A stretch of 64,000 nt of DNA from Adineta vaga (taxonomy: Eukaryota; Animalia; Rotifera), in NCBI GenBank assembly GCA_021613535.1, contig CP075496.1:10416001-10480000 (forward strand). The letters are read 5' to 3'. The position numbers and the translations under genes are program-made. Shown here piece after piece: positions 38,366 through 49,200 of this stretch (position 1 is its first letter; each line of letters opens with the position of its first letter). The notes below the pieces were generated by a model. The model saw nothing but the letters and a program-made list of their open reading frames with translations. It had not been told where the DNA came from and did no database searches.

Positions 38366-41300
38366 ATGCATTTCAAAAGCATATTTCTTATTTTCTTTAT
38401 CTTTTCTATTCAACGAACATTTACACAAATTCCGCCTGTTGTACCATTAACAAGTAAGAATTTCACGATTTTATTTTACTTTTCTTTTTCTTTGAAAAAC
38501 TTATTTTCTCTCTAATTATTAGATGCTTTGACAGCTATTTATTGTCATAATTTAAATGAAGTTGGTACGATGACAATTCGTTGTAGGGCAAATGAAAAAA
38601 TCCGAATGTTAGATGCCTTTGATGTTGTCGTTAGAAATCGATCCCATCTACCATTACAATGTTTAAAACAAAAACCATTTTCCATGGTTCATGGAGATAT
38701 TTCTACTGATACTGATTGTAAAGTTCATACAAGTTTTGCATCAGCTTGTTCAGGACGTGAAAATTGTACATTACATATGCAACGTATTCGATTAAATAGT
38801 GTTAAAGAACGTTGTCATAATGAATTAGTAGATTATACAATGGCATTTTTTGAATGTATATCAGGTATGAATGAGGAAATTATGAAATGTAATGAAATAA
38901 GTTTTGTTTTAATATGTAGATGTATTTATTCATGATATTTGTTCCACACAAGCCATCACATCTCCTTGGGGTACATTGAAAACACCGAATTTTCCTAATC
39001 CGTACACTTCAAATGATGATTGTTGGTGTAAATTATCTACTCAATTACGCATCGTCTTTTACTTTCTGTTATTATCTTTCAATTGATTCCTTATGATAGT
39101 TTGTATTCAATTTCAAACAAAGAAAATCAAACTAAATTAGTTATTGTTTGTTTTCATAGAAAAATGTGCAGGTGCTGGATTGTATTTACAAAGTAGTGAT
39201 GAACAACGAAGTACACAATGTACTTATTTACAACCTGGACATAACTATTTGAGTGATACGAATGCATTATATATCAATTTTTATAGTCGAACATCGACTG
39301 TACGTGGAGGATTTTGGATTATTTATGAAGGTTTATATCTTTATATTGTTATGTCAAATACATTTTGTTTTCTGATTTTTAAGCGAGTCATGCAAATGCT
39401 GAAGTTCATCTACAGTGTGGATCACGAGAGAAACTCGGTGTACCATCGAGTAGAATGTCTACATCATCACCATCACCTCCAATTTCATCATCTTACAACT
39501 ATGGTTGGAGTCGCTTAATATATAACGATCCACCAAATCCAAGTTCAGAATCAGGTATACATGATCATATGATGCACATGAGATTATTTCATACTACAAC
39601 ACCATCTATTCGTAATAGAAACTTCAGTAAATATTGCCTTTTAATTGAAAATGAATTTCGCTGATAATTCGCTATTCTATTTAGAAGTTAAACTATCGTC
39701 CACATCAGCTAGTGCTTTTACGTATCCATATGGACATTTAGCTACATTTGATTTAGATTTTGGACCACGAGGATGGTTTGTAAAATATCCATACGGTTCA
39801 TCAAATATGACTGCAACCAAATTTCTACAAACGACAACAACTCCAACGCCCATTGTTAAATGGAATTCCACATGGCTCTATGTTCGACGTTTACGAACAA
39901 GAGTGTCTCCAAGAATAATATTAACAACAACAACAACAAGTACTACCACTGTTATCAAACAACGACGCGAGGTATATATATATACTTTAATGAAAAGTAT
40001 AGTATCAGATCAATCTCATTTCTAGAATCAACGACAATATCAACACGTTTGAGCACATTTGCCATAACAACTACAGAACAAATGACAACTGCCTATCCAT
40101 CTTTCTCATCAATCATTATTCTCACTACCACACCACAAAGTATAACAATAGACGATAGTTTTACTTCCATAGAACCATTCGTAGAAACAGTACAACCTAA
40201 GATTATATCGGCATTTCATTTACCACCCTCATCATCAACATCAAAAACGACATTACCTGTTCCAACTCCTTGGTATCAACCGGCCGGCCTGTATGATTGG
40301 TGGCAATGGCAACATTATACGACAAAGTTGTACAAAACCTCTGTAAATAATATTCCAACAACTAAAACATCAATCTCTTCGACTCAATCAACAATAACAA
40401 CAACAACAACAACAACTACTGTTACTACTACTACTACTACTCCTGTTCTAACCACCAAATCTACAACTCGTTCATCGACTACTAAGCGTCTCGTTCATCT
40501 AAGTAATACGACGAATAAAACCTCGATTACGTCTACAAAAGAAATAACTGTTGATTGGTTTCGATGGCCACATACCGAATCAACTAGAGCAAAACCTGAT
40601 TATTATGACGATGATTATCCTGATTGGTTTGATTATCTTCCTACGAATAAACTAAAAAGTACATCGGCGAAAACAACAACGACTCGAAATCCATTCCTTT
40701 CCATACTATCTGAACCAGGACCAAAACAATATCAACAATTGAGTCTTTTGCCAACAAAACCAGATTCGAATATGATAAATATTGATGTTACATCCCGTAC
40801 ATCCTCATCTTCATCCAAACTAGATTCTATACAAAAAAATACCGGTAAAGAAAAGTTCCAATAAAATCATTCATTCAATTATTTGAAAATAGTTAAATGC
40901 TATGGATTCTTTAGTCTTTATTTTTCTACATGAATCTATTTTTCGTTCATTTAGGGGAAATCGCACATCCTAACGCACAAAATAATATTCAAGAACAATC
41001 TAAAAAAGAGTCAGAAGAGTATGGATGGTTGAGCAAAACAGGTATAACAAATAACCTATAGTAATCATATTAATATCAAACTAAAAACAACATTGATTAC
41101 TTAGACATGACTATTGTTGCTGTATCAATCTTGTTTGTTATTCTATTGGTTTTCATTAATTTAATTCTATTTGCTGTTCGAAGGTAAGAAGAAATAACTA
41201 AGATAGAATACTTCTTTGAAATAAAAATGAATACTTTCTTAGACATCGTCATCGAATTCAAAATCAACATTTACTTTGTTCATCATTACCATCATCACTT

Positions 41301-42742
41301 AATAATCGAAGTATATCGAACAATCAATTACAAAGTTCCAAATTAGGAGATTCCACCAATAGTTTAATTAATATAACTAACAATAATAATAATGATATAT
41401 TACCAGCAGTTGGTAAGGATAGATTTTTTTGTTATAAAAGAGACGTATGATGTAACATATATACTAATTCTATTAGGTGAAATAGTACTCTGGGATGAAA
41501 AAGATCAAGGTGGTTATATGATTGATAATCATGGAGAATGGGCAAAAATAGAAGGACGACAATGGCTTGGTAATAGTCTACTGAAAAATCAAAACAAAAC
41601 ATCATTCACCAAAAGGTTCATTAATAATCTTACGATTAGTCGTAAAATGAATTTATAGAATATCCGTTGATGCGTTTTTTTCTTGACAGTTTTCGATCAC
41701 GTTTTCAATTTATTCGACAATCACATAAAAAATCTAATCCACATCGTTCACCAGCTCCACCTGCACCAAAACAATTACAACATCATCAACAACAAATATT
41801 CAAATTTCCTTTTGTCGATTGTTCGTATATTTTTACATTACGAGAAAGTTCATTCTTCTAATTCAATTTCTTACATTATTTTAGCTACAACTCTTACACC
41901 AGTTCCCGAAGCAGATGATTATCAATCATCAGATTTCAGTTCTACTGACATAATCAATCGAAATTCTGATACAAAATTAAGAAATTCAAATAAAAAACAT
42001 CAACAAGTATAAATATATATTCGTGTCATTTCTCTTTCATTCGTCTGTTATTCTAGGCAGCGAAAACTATTCAAGCATTAATTCATACTGAACAAGATCA
42101 TAGTGATGAATATTATAAACGAATCGAAAGTGGTGGTGATGATTCAAATTATACCACTATGCATGAAAATCATCAAGGTGAATATTCTATCGCTGATCAA
42201 CAAACTGATCGATGTTTAGGTAATGAAATTGATGCAGGTGGATCAGTGATTATTAGCGTACCAACTATGTTACGACAAGAAGATGATATTGAGATTACCA
42301 CGGATGGTGCTGAATCAATTTATAATCCAAACTATTCAACTCGATCAAATAATGTAATACAACTTCACTTCTAAAATTCTAATCTATCTTCTTTTCTGTT
42401 TATATTTTTTCTAAGAGATCCAATCTAACTTTTAAATCACCAAGAAATATGAAACCAATGATGACGAATTCAATTATTGTCGGTCATTGTCAAACAGATT
42501 TTCAACCATTAAATCCAAAATTATTAGAAAAATCTCACTTAGCTGAACATCAACAATTATATACATGTTCACAATCTTTACAATTTTCTGCATATGATTC
42601 TGGATTTTTTGATGATCAGACAACTGATAGTTTAATATTAACGCCAAGAAATGAAGAAAATGCTAATGACGAAATCTGTTCTATTCAAAGTAGAGCTAGT
42701 TCATCAATACAAGATTCAAAATTAGCTAAAACATATTGTTAA
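38366..42742 (+). CDS. Type I membrane protein: signal peptide, SUEL/Gal-lectin-like domain, CUB domain, Thr-rich mucin stalk, TM helix, long cytoplasmic tail; apparent 1-bp deletion near 39048
   Basis: MHFKSIFLIFFIFSI signal; TIRC..KIRMLDAF..ACSGRENCTL..YFECI lectin-like cysteine pattern; GTLKTPNFPNPYTSNDDCWC and ALYINFYSRTSTVRGGFWIIYE CUB motifs; poly-Thr; TM IVAVSILFVILLVFINLILFAVRR near 41110-41183. Confidence 0.75.
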
Positions 42743-43178
42743 ACATTGTTTTTCTTTTTCTATCAAATACTATTGATAAAATCTCTTTTATATTGTACTT
42801 GAACATTCCTATATATAAAATAAACGATCATATTCTTAAAAAAATGAGACTAACAACAAACTTCATACCGAAAAGAATGTATTGATGTTAAAGGTTTCAA
42901 TACCTTGCTCTGAATTATTATACAATAGTTTATATTTCAATGTCAAGTATTTCAGTACTGAACGTCTTTAAATAAATAAGTATCATATTCAAATATTCTT
43001 CCATATGTACTACAACGAAGTCGAACGTCAATGAATTTAAAAAAAAGGAAAATTTCTACACACTTCATTCGATTATTTCAAGTGAATGATTTTTGAATAA
43101 ATATTTTTCTATTACTAATGACTTTATTCCTTTTTTTTACCAACATAAACACACACACACATACAAATGCTAATATAA

Positions 43179-43587
43179 TCAAGCACATGACCATACTAAA
43201 CGTCCGGATGAAATTCGACTATTCTTCAACACATTATATAACTCTTTATCGATTGTTGTTTGTTTCAGACCGACTTTAAGTCGATGTTCACAAAGATAAA
43301 AAAGAGTATCCGGTGGTCCCCAAACTGGTTGTCCAATAAAAAAGTCATGCATTTTTAATCTAGCCAAGACAGAAAGAAGTAGTCGATCATCAAATGTATA
43401 TGAGCCATCCAATTGAACACGTATTTGACAAACAGATACAGTGGCTTCTTCATCATCAAGTTCATTAACATCACCTAAAATTTACATACATTATAGATTC
43501 GTTTCTTTCTCTACGTACAAATAGAACACTCGAGGTAGATGATTAAAAAAATGTTGTTGTTGTTTTTCTTCTTTCTCTAATGGCCAT
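43179..43587 (-). CDS. Small uncharacterised protein; last exon 43474-43179 is clear, 5' end unresolved
   Basis: Acceptor at 43475 opens a ~98-codon frame DVNELDDEEATVSVCQIRVQLDG...GRLVWSCA*; the ATG at 43587 hits TAA after a T7 run, so the start is uncertain. Confidence 0.4.
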
Positions 43588-44601
43588 CAAATACTCGTCA
43601 GAAAATTACTTTTGTCAAGGTACATAATCCGGGGGCAAAGAATAACTGTTCATGTCACGAAAAGATCTGTAAAATAAAAATCAGACTTACTACTTCTTAA
43701 TGAATAGAATATTAATATAATGAACAGAATAATAGTAATAATGATAGTTTTATAGGATAAGGGATGTGTTTTATAAAGTTCCATTTGATTAATGTATGAA
43801 CGTTAATTTCTTGTGTGAGACGATATATATGTATATATATTCGTTATTATTTGTTAAGAAAAAAGAGAACCTTACATACGTTGATTCTTATGCAAAAATA
43901 ATAATGATGTGCATAAACAATTTTCGTTTTACGTCGCTCGGATTTTTCTTTTTCGTTGTTTCTCTCTTCTTCTTTTCAAACATTTTTTTTCATAAATAAT
44001 GTTCTGCATTCACTGATCGATTTTATTGTCTATATACATTAACTTTTTAATTATGCGTGTATCGGTCATCATTAAGACAGTTTAGAACATTTGCAAGTCA
44101 TTACTTTCTAATCAAGATGAGCTGTATTGAGTACATATGATAAAAAATTTTTATATTACAATATTTTTCTATCAAGTTAATCAAGAATTTATCAAAGAGG
44201 TTAGTAATGTCATAATGCACTAATCTAGATAAGTTTGTATAAATTCAATTTTCATCATATCTGTTATAGAATGAATTTTGAAGAAAAAATGAATCAAATA
44301 ATAATTGAAAAACGTAGACAAGGCGTGTAAGATTTGTAAAGAATGATTCCGTATAAAATCTAGTTTAGAAGAGAAAAAAAGGTAACAGTGAGAAATAATG
44401 CGTACAGAAATCTTTCTGAATGAAATGATGATATCGTTTGATTAAATATTTATTTTGATTGAAAGCAGATATTGAATAATTTCAATAAGAAAAAAAGGAA
44501 AGAGAAGCAGAAGAAGAAGGGAAAAGTGATATTATACGAAATGACAAAAGATCAAAAATAATTATAATGATAAAGAAAAACCAAACAATATAACTGTTTT
44601 T

Positions 44602-45360
44602 TTATTTTGTTGATGGAAGTGGAATTTGTAAAACATCAACAAATAATTGTTTGAATTGTTCCAAGCGAAATTTAAGATTTTCTACTTCGAATTTTAATTC
44701 TTGATTTTGATTTTTTAGTTCAGAATGCCGAGAGTTTAATTCATTTCGTTCAAGTTTTTTCTTGAGACGATATTTTTCAGCTGCTGTTTTATTTTGATCC
44801 TTTTTTCTCAATTTGCGTTCTGTTGTTGAAAACGTTCGTTTCTTTGTTACTCGTTTTCCAACTATTGAAGAAGAACCACTTGTTGTTGAACATGCTGGTG
44901 ATAATGGAACCGTCATATCTTCCATATAACCACTTGATTCAATTGTACATTCTCCAGCAATCCATGATGATGTATCCTCCTCATTATCATCATCATCAAT
45001 TGGATAGAATGTTGAATCATCCGAAGTCGATAGAGGTTGAAGATCAATTGCACATGGTGCATGTGATAATTGATTGAGGTATTCGTCATATTGTATATCC
45101 TCAATTTCACTTAAAACGGGGAAATTAAATGATGCTAATAAATCATATTGTTGTTGATTATTATCGCTATTTTCATTTGGATTGTCTTTCGTTACTAAGT
45201 TAAATTCATTTAGTTTTGATTCTACTGAAGGAAATTGGATGTCATGTTCTTCAAGAGGAAAAACTCCGTTGGATGTTAACATCGGATTGACTTTGCCCAC
45301 ACCACCGGGATTGATGATGGGTGTCAATAATTCTGAGGGATGATTGAAATCGAAAAGCAT
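44602..45360 (-). CDS. ATF4: ATF4/ATF5-like bZIP transcription factor
   Basis: bZIP KLRKKDQNKTAAEKYRLKKK..LEQFKQLFVDV versus ATF4 KKMEQNKTAATRYRQKKR..IQYLKDLIEEV; acidic N-terminal region; ESSGYM..LSP degron-like segment; uORF layout upstream. Confidence 0.85.
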   Translation of the reverse strand: MLFDFNHPSELLTPIINPGGVGKVNPMLTSNGVFPLEEHDIQFPSVESKLNEFNLVTKDNPNENSDNNQQQYDLLASFNFPVLSEIEDIQYDEYLNQLSHAPCAIDLQPLSTSDDSTFYPIDDDDNEEDTSSWIAGECTIESSGYMEDMTVPLSPACSTTSGSSSIVGKRVTKKRTFSTTERKLRKKDQNKTAAEKYRLKKKLERNELNSRHSELKNQNQELKFEVENLKFRLEQFKQLFVDVLQIPLPSTK

Positions 45361-45427
45361 TTTGTTCGTTTTTGTTTGAGACCGATAATTCGGAAGTTTT
45401 AGTGGCGAAAGCCATTGTGAAAGTCAT
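45251..45427 (-). promoter_or_regulatory. Inhibitory-type overlapping uORF (58 codons), out of frame with the ATF4 main ORF
   Basis: ATG 45427 (second ATG 45415) lies 8 nt after the acceptor at 45436; reads MTFTMAFATK...RSFSS* and overlaps the main ORF by 110 nt. Confidence 0.75.
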
Positions 45428-45749
45428 TATTAGAGCTAAAATATAAGACAAAAGAACTAATTTTATTATCCACATCATACAACGGAACTTTACAAAAATG
45501 AGGCAAACCATTAATATTTTTCCTAAATGGGTGTGTCTCTACATATTATCCCTATATACAACAAGATCTTAGATACTGTCAATGGATTATTTTGCTAATC
45601 TATCAATTGCATTGCATCGTACGAGACTATATGGCTTTATACATGCATTGATTAGAATAAAACGTTCTCAAGATATTTTCGGATCCTATTTGATAAGCTT
45701 ACTTTAAAAGGCACGGGGAAGTCGTGCTTGCTAGCCGGAGCTGTTGCGC

Positions 45750-45783
45750 CTAAAAGGTCGCGACGTTACTAAACATGAACCAT
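45750..45783 (-). promoter_or_regulatory. Short 5' uORFs of ATF4: MVHV* (45783-45769) and MFSNVATF* (45776-45750)
   Basis: Located in the predicted first exon ending at donor GTAAGC (45702); TATATA-like element ~45824-45817 upstream. Confidence 0.65.
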
Positions 45784-45810
45784 ATTGAAATGAAATGAAA
45801 ATATGAAGGA

Positions 45811-45901
45811 TGATGAAATATATAGGGTGATGTAATGTATTTTTCTTGTGACTCGAAACAGAACAAAATGATGCAATGATACTGAATCATCATGACGCAA
45901 G
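45811..45901. promoter_or_regulatory. Cluster of C/EBP-ATF response elements (CARE/AARE)
   Basis: TGATGAAAT 45811, TGATGTAAT 45828, TGATGCAAT 45869, TGACGCAAG 45893; all in the same orientation; consensus TGATGxAAx. Confidence 0.6.
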
Positions 45902-46257
45902 ATCAAATGAGAAAGATTTAATTTTCTTTACAATTGCTTTTCACAGAAAGCTTATCATTTTGAAATTACACTAAATAAATAATATATGAAAAAAATGAAA
46001 CTTTTCGAAAAAGTGATTATAAATTGTAAAATAGATGTCGCTAGTTGTTATACCGATTTTGGACAAAATAGAGTATATACTTCTGTAAACGAAAACAATA
46101 AACAGTTACAATCGAAATGAAATAAATCTGACAAATTAAGAAAAATACTAAATCACAATTTCATTTGATGAATAAAGTTCAGCGAGATCAGTTGTCTAGT
46201 TTCATGTCATACTACGCTAATTAATTTTGAATTGACTGTACAGAAAAAAAACGAACG

Positions 46258-49200
46258 ATGAGTATCACAGAATTTCACGATACAATCAATCAAGAAATGT
46301 ATTCATCGACTATATCACTGGTAATTAGGAACGTATCAGATGTCTGAGATTACTCGTAAAGTATTTTCCTAGATTTCTTACATTCAAAATTTGATCAGAT
46401 TACCAGGAATAAAAAGTGAAATGTGGACAAATGATTTGATCCAGATTCTCGAAGAATATCTTTCTTTGAATGAACAAAAACTGTTGATTTTTTATATTGA
46501 TCACGAAACTTCTTCGCTACAATATCTTCATACAATTCCATCTCTTGTAACTGTGAATCATTCATCTCTTAGTTTGTGTTATTTTATTCGACGAAATAAT
46601 TCATTAGATAGGATCACAACTGTTGATGATTTTATTAAATCTATTCAATATGGATATATCAAGGGTGAATCTATTTCATGTTTAACAGCACTTGTATCAA
46701 CACTTTTTGGACCCTTGTTTATGAGTAATACCGCAATACAAGATAGTATGTTAACAAATTTGGATTGATTGATTGATTTATAATTTGGATTTTATAGTGA
46801 TAAAAAATGATTATATGAGTGAATTAAATCAATTTCTAGCAATATTCTATGAAAGACAATATAAAGATCTCTCATCTTCCACATATTTATTTATTCCAAA
46901 GGATGGTTTAGATAGAACTGTTGAAGAACTTGTACAAAACAAAGCGATGGTAACAAGATTTGAAGGTAAAATTCTTTTCATATATTCATTACAAATTTGA
47001 AATATATATTATGTTCTCTAGCTGTGATGCTTAAATGGCATCATCAATTAAAACATGTATTGCTTATTCAAGATCGTTTAATGAGTACAGAAGATCAATT
47101 ATCAGGCATTGATGAAGAAATTCATTTTTGGCAAAAATTCCTTACTGATCTTCGTAATATTCGTCAACAAATTGAAAGAAATGAATTACAAACTATTATT
47201 CGTGTTTTGAACATATCTAAATCAGCATACATTCAACAATTTTTACAAGTAGAAAAAGAAATTCAAGTAAAAGATATAATTTCCTCTTACAATCTATTCT
47301 ACTACTACTACTACTAAAATGAAATTTAGAATTTTACTGAATATGTTGAAGATTGTTTGAAATTTTTGAAACTTCTTGCTGAACCTTCTCTTCAGTTGAA
47401 TGACGCATCATTTGAACAATTGATTACTATCATAACTGATATTTATTATCGAATTTTAATTGCATGGCATCATTCAAAATTCTTTGCAATTCCCGAAAGA
47501 ATTAAATTAATCATTAGTAAGGTAAATTTCTACATTCGATAAACGTGAAAATATTTACTCATATTCAAACATCACATATCATAGTTATAATAATTATTCA
47601 CACAGAGTTTTGAACGACACATTTCTCACGATATTTTCATCATAGTCAATTATGTGTTGTTAGTTTGTAAATCAAATAACAGATCATTTTTCGCTTCAGA
47701 ATCTTGAAATATCCATTCAGTTGATAGTATCTCTATATGTTATATGAAAGAATTTATGTTTTTCTTTCTATAGATTAATAATCAAATCATTAGTCAATGT
47801 TCTCGTTTACTAAATATTAAACGACTCTTTCAAGGTTATATTTTATCAACAAAAAATCTTCTTCAAGAATGTTTTCAAATCATTGATACTTATATTGAAA
47901 CTTGTTTACATGTAAATAATCATCATAGATTCTATAAGTTATGTTCATAGTTTCATAAGTTTTAGATTTTAACTATGCATGATAAATATTCAACTAAACC
48001 ATTAATGTTTAATAATTTTCAAAAAGATGATTTGTTTCGTTCTGTTCAATTATATCGACAACGATTAAATGAAATTGATGAAGTAGAAAAGATTCTTTTC
48101 AATCAAATATCATTTTGCTCTACGCTTATAGATTTGTGAATGTATGAAACTTTTTGGATGGTATCGAAATGGTACGAAAGATCGTTTACCAATTTTTAGT
48201 GGTATTCAAGGAAATGAATATCAACATATACTCGAACAAAGTCAACAAACGTTTGATCGAGCATTGTTGTTATTAAAAAGAAAGTCTACGTATATACTTG
48301 ATATTTCAACGAATGCTTGTTCGATTTGGTCACAAGAATTCAAACAGTAATTCGATTCGAATACGATAATTTATTAGATGATGTATTCTATCGTTTTTTC
48401 TTAAATATCAATTAGGTTTTTGGAATCTATTCGTGAAATTGAATTGATTATTGTTAAATTAATCAATGAATCTACAAAAAAGACAACTACCATCGAACAA
48501 ATTATGGACATTCTCGATATATTCACTGATTTTCAATCACGAACTGTATGATTATTTTCTAATCATGAAATGAACTATTTGATTTCTCTTCTGTAGACTA
48601 TCAATCATATTCTTCTTGAGAAAACTCGAGATATTTATCGTTTATTTCTTTCTCAAATTGAAGATCTTCGTACAAAAATTGTTTCTCATCAAACATTAGA
48701 TGAATCGAAGAATCTCACAAATCAATTCGATCACTTTCTTCCATATTATTCTGCGAGAGCTATGTGGATTCGTGATCAAATCGAACGTATTACAAAAGAC
48801 TATAATCTTCTTCAACAATCATCAAATTTACCATATCTTATTCAACAAAATGAAATGAAATTAACCTATGAGAAATTCTTAATCTTTGCTGAAAGTATTA
48901 TAAAACGTATCTATCAAGATTGGTGGAGTATGGCTAATGAATTACAACCAAAGAAGTTGTTACAAAAACCATTCTTAAAAGAAAATCAAGAAAAGAAATA
49001 TTTTATTGATGTCTTTTTTGATCCAGAAATTATTTTAGCTTTAAATGAAAGTTTATGGTGGATTCGATTACATTATGAAATACCTTATTCATTAACAGAT
49101 GTTTATAATACAAGAAAATCATTTCGACAAATGAGAGAAGAAACAAATGAATTTATTCGAAAATTTAATAAGTATGAGAATATTTTATGTCAAGAATTTT

